In this document: one piece after another, positions 50,467 through 60,301 of the stretch
Numbering within the stretch: position 1 is the stretch's first letter
How the letters are laid out: the number at the start of each line of letters is the position of its first letter
Assembly: GCA_038123275.1 (NCBI GenBank)
Contig: JAYORG010000001.1
Span: 66,710 to 130,709 of the forward strand
Direction: 5' to 3'
Source: Rickettsiales bacterium
Lineage (GTDB): Bacteria > Pseudomonadota > Alphaproteobacteria > Rickettsiales > UBA1997
DNA length: 64,000 nt
Notes under the pieces: model-generated
What the model was told of the DNA's origin: nothing
The model's database searches: none
The model's input: the letters and a program-made list of their open reading frames with translations, nothing else
Translations under genes and position numbers: made by a program

Positions 50467-51942
50467 GTGAGTAGAAATATATTAATTGTTGATGATGAGC
50501 CAGTTCAGGCCAAGATGCTCGGTAAATTTATTAAAGACATGAGTCATAATATTATGATCATGAATGATGGAAAAGAAGTTGTGGATTTTTTCTTAGAGAA
50601 AAAAAATAACATTAATCACCTAATGCCGTATGATATTGATGTTATGCTTTTAGATCTTTTAATGCCTCATATGAGTGGATTAGAGGTTTTAAAACAAATT
50701 TCTGCTGTTAGAGGTGATCTACAAGTAATAGTTTTAACTGCAACAAATGATATTTCTTTAGCTATAAATGCTATTAATTTAGGTGCAGTTGATTATATAG
50801 TTAAAGGTGAAAAAGATGTATTTGCCCGTGTTATTGCCTCAATTAATAATGCTGTTGAAAAAAGAAACCTTAAATATCAAGTTTATAATCTAGAAAGAAA
50901 GAGCAAGGATCAAGTTATTTTCTCAGACATAATTGGTAGAGATAGAAATTTGCTTGAATCTATTAATTTAGCAAAAAAAGTTACTAATTCTGCGGTTCCA
51001 GTGTTAATTGAGGGGCAAAGTGGCACGGGAAAAGAATTATTCGCTCGTGCTATTCATGGTTCAGGAATTAGATCAGGTAGACCATTCATTGCAGTGGATT
51101 GTGCTGGTTTAAGATCTAGTAATGCTTCAGAAGTTTTATTTGGCTATGAAAAAAAATCTGATGATGGTTTAGTTGAAAGAAGTATCGGAAAGGTTAGGGA
51201 AGCAACTGATGGAACTTTATTTTTAAATAATATCAGTGAGCTAAAATTAGATGTTCAGGTAAAATTACTAAGATTTTTACAAGAAGGTCAGTTTCAGCCA
51301 AATGGTTCTAAAACAATTTATAAGAGTAGTGCTAGAATAATATCATCTTCTTATCAAGATTTAACGGCGTTAGTTAAGAAAAAGAAGTTTAGAGAAGATC
51401 TTTTCTATCGTTTGAACATTTTTCCAATCAGATTACCTTCTTTAATGGATAGAGGGCCAGAGGATATTCAGTTACTATCTGAAAGTTTTTGTTATAATTC
51501 TAGTGTTAATGAAAATAAAAAAATTAAAGGTATTAGCGATAATGCCATGAAGCTTTTAATAACATATGAATGGGAAGATAACGTAAGACAGTTAAAAAAT
51601 TATATTTTTAGAGCGGTTGTTTTATGTGATGATGAATATCTAGAAACAAGGCATTTCCCACAAATTATGATGATAGATAATCAGCCAATTTCTGTTTCAA
51701 AATTATCAGCAATTATTAAAAAACCACGTACAAAAGATAGTGAGATGTTCGATATTTTTGATGAAGATGGTCAATGTAAAAGTTTAGAAGACATTGAGTA
51801 TGAAGTTGTACAAAGGTTGCACCAACTTTATGAAGGTAATTTATCAGAAATTTCTAAGCAATTAAAAGTTAGTAGGTCAACAATTTATAGAAAACTAGAT
51901 TTAGTTAACAAAAATCCAGAACAGGATGAAGCAGAAGGCTAA
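50467..51942 (+). CDS. NtrX/NtrC-family response regulator (REC + degenerate AAA+ + Fis-type HTH)
   Basis: ILIVDDEP..LLDLLMP (REC), GQSGTGKE (Walker A), FREDLFYRLN and SRSTIYRKL (HTH). GAFTGA is absent and Walker B DE is replaced by NN (TLFLNNISEL). Confidence 0.85.
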   Translation: MSRNILIVDDEPVQAKMLGKFIKDMSHNIMIMNDGKEVVDFFLEKKNNINHLMPYDIDVMLLDLLMPHMSGLEVLKQISAVRGDLQVIVLTATNDISLAINAINLGAVDYIVKGEKDVFARVIASINNAVEKRNLKYQVYNLERKSKDQVIFSDIIGRDRNLLESINLAKKVTNSAVPVLIEGQSGTGKELFARAIHGSGIRSGRPFIAVDCAGLRSSNASEVLFGYEKKSDDGLVERSIGKVREATDGTLFLNNISELKLDVQVKLLRFLQEGQFQPNGSKTIYKSSARIISSSYQDLTALVKKKKFREDLFYRLNIFPIRLPSLMDRGPEDIQLLSESFCYNSSVNENKKIKGISDNAMKLLITYEWEDNVRQLKNYIFRAVVLCDDEYLETRHFPQIMMIDNQPISVSKLSAIIKKPRTKDSEMFDIFDEDGQCKSLEDIEYEVVQRLHQLYEGNLSEISKQLKVSRSTIYRKLDLVNKNPEQDEAEG

Positions 51943-52819
51943 TAATAAAATTATTAGAAAAGCAGTTTTCCCAGTTGGAGGGCTTGGCACTAGGTTTTTG
52001 CCAGCAACTAAATCTATGCCAAAGGAAATGCTTCCAGTTGTTAATAAGCCAATAATTCAATATGCATTTGAGGAAGCTAAAAAAGCTGGAATAGAAGAAT
52101 TTATCTTTGTAACTGGTAGAAATAAAAATGCCATTAATAATCATTTTGATCATGCTTATGAGCTGGAATCAGCTTTAGACCAGAAGCAAAAATCACAAGA
52201 ATTAAAAAACATTATAGGATGGCTTCCTGATGCTGGGCAAATTGCTTTTGTGCGTCAGCAAAAGCCACTTGGCCTTGGACATGCAATATGGTGTGCTCGC
52301 AATTTTATTGGAGACGAGCCATTTGTAGTTATTTTAGCTGATGAGATAATTTTAGATAAAAATAATTTTCTAAAGTCAATGATGGATCTTTATAGTAATA
52401 GTTCTAATAAGGCAAGTATTGTTGCGGTCAATGAGGTACAAAAAGAAGATGTTCATAAATATGGTATTGTCGATATTGATGAAAATAATAGAATAAAAGA
52501 TATGGTTGAAAAGCCATCACTCAAAGATGCCCCTTCAAATTTGGCAATTAATGGACGTTATATTTTGCAGCCAGATATTTTTAAATATTTAGAAGCTGGA
52601 AAAATAGGAAGTGGTGGCGAAATTCAATTAACTGATGCCATGAAAGAAATGTCAAAAGATTTTCCAATCTATGCAAAAAAATATGAAGGAACTCGTTTTG
52701 ATTGTGGAAGTGTTTTAGGCTATATAGAAGCTAATATTGTTCACAGCCTAGAGGATAAAAATTTAAGAAACAAATTAATACCATTACTTAAAAAATATTT
52801 AAATGATTATGACAAATAA
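51926..52819 (+). CDS. galU: UTP-glucose-1-phosphate uridylyltransferase
   Basis: KAVFPVGGLGTRFLPATKSMPKEMLPVVNKPIIQY. Confidence 0.9.
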   Translation: MKQKANNKIIRKAVFPVGGLGTRFLPATKSMPKEMLPVVNKPIIQYAFEEAKKAGIEEFIFVTGRNKNAINNHFDHAYELESALDQKQKSQELKNIIGWLPDAGQIAFVRQQKPLGLGHAIWCARNFIGDEPFVVILADEIILDKNNFLKSMMDLYSNSSNKASIVAVNEVQKEDVHKYGIVDIDENNRIKDMVEKPSLKDAPSNLAINGRYILQPDIFKYLEAGKIGSGGEIQLTDAMKEMSKDFPIYAKKYEGTRFDCGSVLGYIEANIVHSLEDKNLRNKLIPLLKKYLNDYDK

Positions 52820-53753
52820 TACAGCATTAGTTTTTCCAGGACAAGGTTCACAAAAAATTGGCATGGGAAAAGATTTATATGATAATTTTGCAGTTGCTAA
52901 ACAAGTTTTCCAAACGGTAGACGATATATTAAAAGTTAATCTATCAAAAATAATATTTGAAGGTCCCGGTGAGGATTTAATGGCAACACAAAATACTCAA
53001 CCAGCGTTAATGGCAGTTTCTATTGCTATTGTTAGAGTTTTAGAAGAGGAGTTTGGTAAAAAAATAACAGATCTAGGATCCTTAGTGGCAGGTCATTCTT
53101 TAGGAGAATATTCAGCTTTATGTGCTGCTGGTGCTATTTCTTTAGAGGATACAGCAAAATTATTACAAGTTAGAGGTAATGCAATGGCTGATTGTGGCAA
53201 AAAGACACAAGGAGCAATGGCAGCAATTATTGGGTCACAGCTAGGATTAGTCGAAGATATTACTAACTTAGCAGCAAGTAGTGGAGAAATTTGTCAAATT
53301 GCCAATGATAATTCAGTTGGTCAAATAGTTATTAGTGGTTCAAAAGCAGCCATTGATGAAGCAATTGAAATTGCCAAAGAAAAAGGTGTTAAAAGAGCTT
53401 TACCACTTCCAGTTAGCGGTGCTTTTCACTCTAAATTAATGCAAGATGCTGCGATTCAAATGAAAGAAGCTCTAGATAATACTGATATTAAGAAGCCTAT
53501 TTTACCATTAATTGCCAATGTTACGGCTAAAAAAGTTACAAATCCAAGTGAAATAAAAGATTTATTAGTTAAGCAAATAACTGGTTCTGTAAGATGGAGA
53601 GAAACAATGTTATCAATGGAAGAGTTAGGAATTAAGGAGATAATTGAAATTGGATCAGGTAAAGTTTTATCTGGTTTAGTATCCAGAACTTGCCAAGATG
53701 TTAGCTCCAAGTCAGTTCAAAATTTTGAAGATGTTAAGGTTAATTTTGGTTAA
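52803..53753 (+). CDS. fabD: Malonyl CoA-ACP transacylase
   Basis: FPGQGSQKIGMG, GHSLGEYSAL and FHSKLM motifs. Confidence 0.95.
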   Translation: MIMTNNTALVFPGQGSQKIGMGKDLYDNFAVAKQVFQTVDDILKVNLSKIIFEGPGEDLMATQNTQPALMAVSIAIVRVLEEEFGKKITDLGSLVAGHSLGEYSALCAAGAISLEDTAKLLQVRGNAMADCGKKTQGAMAAIIGSQLGLVEDITNLAASSGEICQIANDNSVGQIVISGSKAAIDEAIEIAKEKGVKRALPLPVSGAFHSKLMQDAAIQMKEALDNTDIKKPILPLIANVTAKKVTNPSEIKDLLVKQITGSVRWRETMLSMEELGIKEIIEIGSGKVLSGLVSRTCQDVSSKSVQNFEDVKVNFG

Positions 53754-53756
53754 ATT

Positions 53757-54545
53757 TTAATTATTTGATGATTTCTCAATATCTTTAATAATTTTCTCAA
53801 AGATATCAGTTTCATAATTATCAGTTTTACCTTGAATAACGCTGGCAATTCTTTCTAGCCCCATTCCTGTATCAATGCATGGTTTTGGTAAATTATTCAT
53901 ATTACCTTTCTCGTCTTTTTCAAATTGCATAAAGACTAAATTCCATATTTCAACAAACCTGTCTCCATCTTCATCTTTACTTCCTGGAGGTCCTCCTTGA
54001 ACTTTATCACCATAATCATAGAAAATTTCGCTACAAGGGCCACAAGGGCCAGTTTTACCCATGGACCAAAAGTTGTCATGGGTTTTAATTTGAATTATTT
54101 TATCTTCTTTAAAGCCAGCAATTTTTTGCCATAACTTGGAAGACTCAAAGTCTTCATGATAAACAGTAATTAATAATTTATCTTGTGGTAGTGCTAATTC
54201 TTTATTCAAAAATTGCCAAGCATAATAAATAGCTTCTTCTTTAAAATAATCACCAAAAGAAAAGTTACCAAGCATTTCAAAGAAGGTGTGATGCCGAGCA
54301 GTAAAGCCAACATTATCAAGATCATTATGTTTTCCTCCAGCTCTAACACATTTTTGGGAGGTGGCAACACGTTTAAATTCTGGTTTTTCTAATCCGGTAA
54401 AATAGTTTTTAAAAGGCACCATTCCAGCATTAACAAACATTAATGTTGGGTCTTTATGTGGAATTAGAGGGGAAGAAGGTAAAATATGGTGGTCATTATT
54501 TTTAAAATAATCTAAAAATTTTTCTCTTATTTGATTTGTTAACAT
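53757..54545 (-). CDS. alaS: Alanyl-tRNA synthetase, N-terminal fragment (class II catalytic core only)
   Basis: [59 protein letters not shown] and [12 protein letters not shown], then a stop after ...[11 protein letters not shown] at 54545 is preferred to TTG at 54566. Confidence 0.9.
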   Translation of the reverse strand: MLTNQIREKFLDYFKNNDHHILPSSPLIPHKDPTLMFVNAGMVPFKNYFTGLEKPEFKRVATSQKCVRAGGKHNDLDNVGFTARHHTFFEMLGNFSFGDYFKEEAIYYAWQFLNKELALPQDKLLITVYHEDFESSKLWQKIAGFKEDKIIQIKTHDNFWSMGKTGPCGPCSEIFYDYGDKVQGGPPGSKDEDGDRFVEIWNLVFMQFEKDEKGNMNNLPKPCIDTGMGLERIASVIQGKTDNYETDIFEKIIKDIEKSSNN

Positions 54546-54782
54546 TATATTTCTTTTTAAAAACAAACTTGTTTATTCTAGTAATTAAAAAATTATTCTA
54601 TTAGATTTAAAAATACTATAATTTTTTATGGTATACCCACAAATGACGCAGGAAGTTGTTTACAATTTCTGAGTAATTTGTCAATTGGTAAATAAAATTA
54701 TCAAGTACAAGGTGGGACGCCAATAATTCGGCGTAAAATTAATATTAATCTTCAGGTTAATATGAAATTAAAACTTACTTAA

Positions 54783-56387
54783 ATGCAAAATAATTTACAA
54801 GATATTTACAAAAATAGCAATTCATGGCCTTTTATTGAAGCTAAGAGAATTTTAAAGAAGATTAACAATCAAACTCCCAAGAAGGGATTTGTTTTATTTG
54901 AAACAGGATATGGACCATCTGGTTTACCACATATCGGTACTTTTGGTGAAGTTGTTAGAACAAGCTTCGTTAAAAAAGCATTTGAATTATTAGCACCATC
55001 TATTCCAACAAAATTAATTTGCATTTCCGATGATATTGATGGCTTAAGAAAAGTTCCAGAAAATTTGCCTAATCAAGAATTGATCACAGCAAATTTAGGA
55101 AAACCTTTAACCAGTGTTCCTGATCCTTATGGTACTCATGATTCCTTTGGGGATCATATGAATAATCGTTTACAAGGTTTTCTTGATTCATTTGGTTTTG
55201 AGTATGAATTTATTAGCGCTGCCAAAAAATATAAGAATGGAGATTTTGATGATACAATGCTCAAAGTATTGGAAAAATATGATGAAATAATGGCTGTAAT
55301 GCTTCCAACTTTGGGTAGTGAAAGGCAAAAAACCTATTCTCCTTTCATGCCAATCGACATTAATTCTGGCATTGTCATTGATAAAGGTGTAATTGGTGTT
55401 AATAAAGAACAAGGAACGGTTAAATATAAAGACCAAAATGGACAAGAAAAAGAAGTTCCAGTAACAGGAGGTAGTTGTAAATTACAGTGGAAAGTAGATT
55501 TTGGTGCACGTTGGTTTACCTTAGGAGTTGATTATGAGATTTATGGCAAAGATCACCAACCAAACGAGCATATCTATAAAAAAATATGTCAAATTCTTGG
55601 TGGCAAGCCGCCAGTAAACTTTACTTATGAGATGTTCTTAAGTGAAGATGGTTCTAAAATATCTAAATCAGCAGGTAATGGAATTTCTGTGGAAGATTGG
55701 TTAAAATATGCCCCATCAGAGTCAATGTCTCTTTACATGTATCAAAAACCAAAAACTGCTAAAAGACTACATTTTGATGTAATTCCAAAAGCTATGGACG
55801 AATATTTAGCATTTTTAGGATCATATCCTAACCAAGAGCCAAATAAACAAATTGAAAACCCAGCCTTTCATGTTCATTTTGGTGATGTGCCCAAGTTAGA
55901 ATTTTCTGGCTTAAGCTATTCTTTATTACTTAATTTAGCCAGTGCTTGCAACCCAGAAAATGATGATATTTTATGGGGTTTTATTAACAAATATCAATCT
56001 GGTTTAAATAAAGAAAACTCACCTCTTTTAGCTAAAATGGTATACAGAGCCATTGCTTATTACAATGATTTTATTAAAGCTAATAAAAAATATCGTAGTC
56101 CAAATGAGAATGAAGCCAAAGCTTTACTTGAATTAAAAGAAGTGTTACTAGGTTTAGATGAGAATTTAGAAGCAAAAGAAATTCAAAATGAAATTTTTGC
56201 AATTGGCAGAAAATATGGCTATGAACAAAATATGAAAGATTGGTTTTCTGCTCTTTATCAAATTCTAATGGGTCAAGAAACAGGGCCAAGAATGGGTTCT
56301 TTTGCTGCTCTTTATGGCACTAAAAACTTCGCCTTGATGATTGGCGAATTATTTAAACAATTATCTCAACAAGAAAAAACTGTATAA
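54783..56387 (+). CDS. lysK: Class I lysyl-tRNA synthetase
   Basis: GYGPSGLPHIGTFGE (HIGH-like) and KISKSAGNG (KMSKS-like); ~530 aa. Confidence 0.9.
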   Translation: MQNNLQDIYKNSNSWPFIEAKRILKKINNQTPKKGFVLFETGYGPSGLPHIGTFGEVVRTSFVKKAFELLAPSIPTKLICISDDIDGLRKVPENLPNQELITANLGKPLTSVPDPYGTHDSFGDHMNNRLQGFLDSFGFEYEFISAAKKYKNGDFDDTMLKVLEKYDEIMAVMLPTLGSERQKTYSPFMPIDINSGIVIDKGVIGVNKEQGTVKYKDQNGQEKEVPVTGGSCKLQWKVDFGARWFTLGVDYEIYGKDHQPNEHIYKKICQILGGKPPVNFTYEMFLSEDGSKISKSAGNGISVEDWLKYAPSESMSLYMYQKPKTAKRLHFDVIPKAMDEYLAFLGSYPNQEPNKQIENPAFHVHFGDVPKLEFSGLSYSLLLNLASACNPENDDILWGFINKYQSGLNKENSPLLAKMVYRAIAYYNDFIKANKKYRSPNENEAKALLELKEVLLGLDENLEAKEIQNEIFAIGRKYGYEQNMKDWFSALYQILMGQETGPRMGSFAALYGTKNFALMIGELFKQLSQQEKTV

Positions 56388-56392
56388 TTAAA

Positions 56393-57601
56393 ATGATTAA
56401 TAAAAACTTTTTAAACAATATTCAAAAAGAATTAGAAGACTTAAAAAAAGAGGGTCTTTACAAGCAAGAATATTCAATTATTTCCTCACAATCAGCTGAT
56501 ATTGAAATTAATCATGGTGGTGAAAATAAAAGGGTAATTAATTTATGTGCCAATAATTATCTTGGTTTAGCTAATGATAAACATCTTAGGAATGTGGCTA
56601 AAAATTCGATTGATAAATATGGTTTTGGTACAGCATCAGTACGCTTTATTTGTGGAACAATGGATGTTCATCAAGAGTTTGAACAAAAAATGGCAGATTT
56701 TCTAGGGTATGAAGATGTTATTTCCTATTCTTCTTGCTTTGCTGCTAATAATGGTGTATTTCAAGCGCTTTTTGATAAGGATGATGCTATTATTACAGCT
56801 AATTTAAACCATGCTAGCTTGATTGACGGAATTAGGTTGTGTAAGGCTAAAAGATTTTTTTATGAGTTTGATGATATGTCTGACTTGGAAGTAAAAATAA
56901 AAGAAGCAATTGCAGCCAAATCAAATAATAGAGTTATTGTTACTGATGGTGTATTTTCAATGGATGGAGATATTGCTAAGTTAGAAGAAATTTGTGATTT
57001 AGCTGATAAATATGATTGTATGGTGATGGTAGATGATTCTCATGCAACTGGTTTTACTGGTAAAAATGGCCGTGGAACTCCTGAGTTTTGTGAAGTTGAA
57101 GGCAGAATTGATATTTTATCAAGTACTCTTGGTAAGGCAATTGGAGGAGCTGGAGGTGGTTTTATTGCTTCAAAAAAAGAAATAGTCGATAAGCTTAGAA
57201 ATAAATCACGTCCATATTTATTTTCCAATAATATGCTTCCAAGTGTTGCAGCAGTTGCTATCGAAATTTTAAATATGATTAAAAAATCACCAGATTTAAT
57301 AAAGACATTAGCTGATAATACTAATTATTTTAGAACAAAAATGGTTGAGGCAGGTTTTGATATTAGGCCTGGAATTCACCCTGTAGCACCAGTAATGCTA
57401 GGCGATGCCAAGTTAGCAGCAGATATGGCTAAAGATTTAATTGAACAAGAGGGTATATATGTTATTGCCTTTTCTTTTCCAGTGGTACCAAAAAATGAAG
57501 CTAGAATTAGAGTTCAACTCTCTGCTTCTCACACGCGTGAGCATTTAGACAAGGCAATTGCTGCCTTTATTAAGGTTGGAAAGAAATATAAGGTAATTTA
57601 A
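56393..57601 (+). CDS. kbl: Glycine C-acetyltransferase (2-amino-3-ketobutyrate CoA ligase)
   Basis: Near-collinear by-eye match to E. coli Kbl (CANNYLGLAN, SVRFICGT, DGVFSMDGDIA, DDSHATGF, LGKA.GGA). Confidence 0.9.
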   Translation: MINKNFLNNIQKELEDLKKEGLYKQEYSIISSQSADIEINHGGENKRVINLCANNYLGLANDKHLRNVAKNSIDKYGFGTASVRFICGTMDVHQEFEQKMADFLGYEDVISYSSCFAANNGVFQALFDKDDAIITANLNHASLIDGIRLCKAKRFFYEFDDMSDLEVKIKEAIAAKSNNRVIVTDGVFSMDGDIAKLEEICDLADKYDCMVMVDDSHATGFTGKNGRGTPEFCEVEGRIDILSSTLGKAIGGAGGGFIASKKEIVDKLRNKSRPYLFSNNMLPSVAAVAIEILNMIKKSPDLIKTLADNTNYFRTKMVEAGFDIRPGIHPVAPVMLGDAKLAADMAKDLIEQEGIYVIAFSFPVVPKNEARIRVQLSASHTREHLDKAIAAFIKVGKKYKVI

Positions 57602-57693
57602 TTATTGATAATAAAGATAGCTATATCACTAGAGAAAACTTAAAGTAAATCTAAAGAGATTTACAACAAATTCTTATATAAAAATATAATATT

Positions 57694-58155
57694 ATGACAA
57701 AAAGTAGTAGTAATCAATGTCATTCAAGACGTAAAAATCCTGAAAATGCTATAAATCCTTTATTAGTAAAAAGAAATCCCCATTTACGTGCAGAATTGCC
57801 ATCATCTGATGGTAGACTTAGGTCAAATCTTGAAGATAGAATAGGAAAAAGTTCAAGAGCTTCTGATGTTTTAGTAACATCTTCTCAAGAATTTGATCAA
57901 AAAGATACAAGTCCTAGTATTCCTATGACACCTATTGGGGAATTAGAGATATTAAATGATACAATTACTAAGTTAGGAGGTAATGCAATTATTTATCAAG
58001 ATGGTTTAAATTCAGACGAGATAAGTAATCTAATATTAAGAGCATTAAATGAAATAGCTGCACAATTAGATTCTGTATTAGAAGAAAAGGAATTGCCAAG
58101 GCCGTCTGTACAAGGTCCTGTTTCAAATAATAATATATCTAATATATTAAGGTGA
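57694..58155 (+). CDS. Hypothetical protein (153 aa) with a basic N-terminus
   Basis: ORF only. Overlaps the next gene (GTGATGA). Confidence 0.5.
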   Translation: MTKSSSNQCHSRRKNPENAINPLLVKRNPHLRAELPSSDGRLRSNLEDRIGKSSRASDVLVTSSQEFDQKDTSPSIPMTPIGELEILNDTITKLGGNAIIYQDGLNSDEISNLILRALNEIAAQLDSVLEEKELPRPSVQGPVSNNNISNILR

Positions 58156-58463
58156 TGAGTAAGAAAATAAATAAAAATCTAATTTTTCTAAAAGCTACTA
58201 CAATTGTTCTTGGAATTATATTTTTAGTTTTACTAGCTGTGCTAATTATTTTAAAAATTAATCAAAATAAAAGTCAGGACAAAGTTGTAATTGACTGTGA
58301 ACAAAATCAAGAAATTGTTATTGATAGTGAAGTTATAAAGGTAATGGATTCAAGGAAAGAAGTGATTCTTTTAACAAAGGCAAAACACAAGAAACAGGAA
58401 TTATTGACTTTAGATAAAAAATGTGGTCTACTAATAAATAGGATTCAATTAAAAATTAAGTAA
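58152..58463 (+). CDS. Small single-pass membrane protein
   Basis: TM helix ATTIVLGIIFLVLLAVLIILKI. Confidence 0.55.
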   Translation: MMSKKINKNLIFLKATTIVLGIIFLVLLAVLIILKINQNKSQDKVVIDCEQNQEIVIDSEVIKVMDSRKEVILLTKAKHKKQELLTLDKKCGLLINRIQLKIK

Positions 58464-58476
58464 TTAACTTTATTAA

Positions 58477-59631
58477 ATGCCTATTTACGAGCTAGCACCA
58501 TATGCTACTTTTGAATCAAAATCAAAAGGGCGACTTTATAAGGAAAAAGATTGTAAGTATCGTTCAGTTTTTGGTCGCGATCGCGATCGTATGATTAATT
58601 CTAGGTCTTTTCGTCGTTTGCAATATAAGACCCAAGTTTTTGTAAATCACACCGGAGATCATTATCGTACTCGTTTAACTCACTCATTAGAAGTTGCTCA
58701 AATAGCTCGTTGGATTGCAACTGGTCTTAAAGTTAGTAAAGATTTAGCTGAGATTGTATCTTTGGCTCACGATCTTGGTCATACTCCCTTTGGTCATGCT
58801 GGAGAAAATGCCCTAAATGCTAAAATGATTGATTATGGTGGGTTTTCTCACAATGCTCATAATTTAAAAATAGTTACAAAATTAGAAAAGAGATATGTTG
58901 ACTTTGATGGCCTTAATTTATCTTGGGAAATGCTAGAAGGTGTAGTAAAACATAATGGTCCAATTTTAAAAATAAATGAAGGTGAGGACTATATTAGAAG
59001 TTACAATGAAATTCATAATTTAGATTTAGAGCGCTATCCATCAATTGAGGCTCAAATTTCAGCAATTTCAGATGATATTGCCTACAATAATCATGATATT
59101 GAAGATGGTATTAGAGCCAATTTATTTAAAATAGAAGATCTATTTGATCTACCAATTATTGGATGCAAATTTAAAGATGTTTATGATAGGAATAAAAACT
59201 TAGAAAGATTTTTAATAGTTTCCGAAGCTAAAAGGGAAATAATCAATGAAATGATTAGTGATGTTGTAGAAAATACTTTAAGAAAAATAGAGAAAGAAAA
59301 TATTAAGAATGATGAAGATATTAGAAATTTAGGTAAATCTTTAGTGCATTTTTCAAAAGAGTTAGAAGTTGCACATAGGGCAGTTAAAAAATTTTTGCAA
59401 ACAAATATGTATCATCATTACACGGTAAACCGCATGTCTGCCAATGCTAAGAAAATTGTTGGTGGATTATTTGACTATTTTATGAAAAATCCAGACTGCC
59501 TTCCAGATAGTTGGAAAATAAAATATGATAATTTAACTAATCAAAATGAGTTAGCTATGTTGGTATGTGAATATATTGCTGGCATGACAGATCGTTTTGC
59601 CATTGATGAATATCATAATTTAATAGAATAA
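58477..59631 (+). CDS. dgt: dGTPase-like HD-domain triphosphohydrolase
   Basis: FGRDRDRMINSRSFRRLQYKTQVF, RTRLTHSLEVAQIAR, HDLGHTPFGH and MTDRFA motifs. Confidence 0.9.
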   Translation: MPIYELAPYATFESKSKGRLYKEKDCKYRSVFGRDRDRMINSRSFRRLQYKTQVFVNHTGDHYRTRLTHSLEVAQIARWIATGLKVSKDLAEIVSLAHDLGHTPFGHAGENALNAKMIDYGGFSHNAHNLKIVTKLEKRYVDFDGLNLSWEMLEGVVKHNGPILKINEGEDYIRSYNEIHNLDLERYPSIEAQISAISDDIAYNNHDIEDGIRANLFKIEDLFDLPIIGCKFKDVYDRNKNLERFLIVSEAKREIINEMISDVVENTLRKIEKENIKNDEDIRNLGKSLVHFSKELEVAHRAVKKFLQTNMYHHYTVNRMSANAKKIVGGLFDYFMKNPDCLPDSWKIKYDNLTNQNELAMLVCEYIAGMTDRFAIDEYHNLIE

Positions 59632-59714
59632 TTGTAGTAAATAAATTTTTTTAAATTAACAAATAATTTTATGTAAGAAGATAAAAAAATCTAAACGTAC
59701 CTACAAAGTTTAAT

Positions 59715-60185
59715 TTATCTAGAATAATGTCTAAAATTTCCTGAATTTTGAGCAGATATTGGGCGAAATGTTGCAATTGGAGATGTTATTTCATCATCTT
59801 GAAGGTTTTGATTTAATAGCTCATCTATACTTTCTATTATAGAGCTAGTTTCTTTTTGTTCTTGTTTAAGTTGGTTTTCAAGCTTATCTAGCAAATCTGT
59901 ATATTTACTTTCAAGCAAGTATCTATTGGTGTTTATTCCTTGTTGTAAAAGAAAATATGCTATTGAATTATCCTCATTATCCAGTGCATATTTTAAGGCA
60001 ATTTGTAAGCTTTGACTGTCGGAGTTAATATCAAAATCATTCCTTAATAATCCTGATATTCTTGATATTTTGTGATCTTCTTGATCCATGATAATATCAC
60101 ATATAGCATCTTTTGTACCAAGATTTTTTGGCCTTTTGTTAGTTGTGTTACTTTTTTCTTCAAGTATTTTTCTCTTTTTTGACAT
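59715..60185 (-). CDS. Hypothetical protein with a bipartite-NLS-like N-terminus and one ANK-like repeat
   Basis: KKRKILEEKSNTTNKRPK at the N-terminus and ALKYALDNEDNSIAYFLLQQGINTN. Confidence 0.6.
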   Translation of the reverse strand: MSKKRKILEEKSNTTNKRPKNLGTKDAICDIIMDQEDHKISRISGLLRNDFDINSDSQSLQIALKYALDNEDNSIAYFLLQQGINTNRYLLESKYTDLLDKLENQLKQEQKETSSIIESIDELLNQNLQDDEITSPIATFRPISAQNSGNFRHYSR

Positions 60186-60301
60186 TAAGCTCTATAATAA
60201 AAAATTAAGGTCACTATCCATATTTTAAAGGTAAATTGTTACCTTACAATATTTTTATATAATTTTTTATTATTAGGTTCTGTTGAGACTTGAAATAATA
60301 T

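Noticed and set aside
54744-54762. 19-nt exact match (attaatcttcaggttaata) between the lysK upstream region and the lolD coding sequence (9754..9772)
   Set aside because: It is too short and isolated to call a gene fragment or repeat family, and no flanking similarity exists. It may be a relic, but that cannot be supported.
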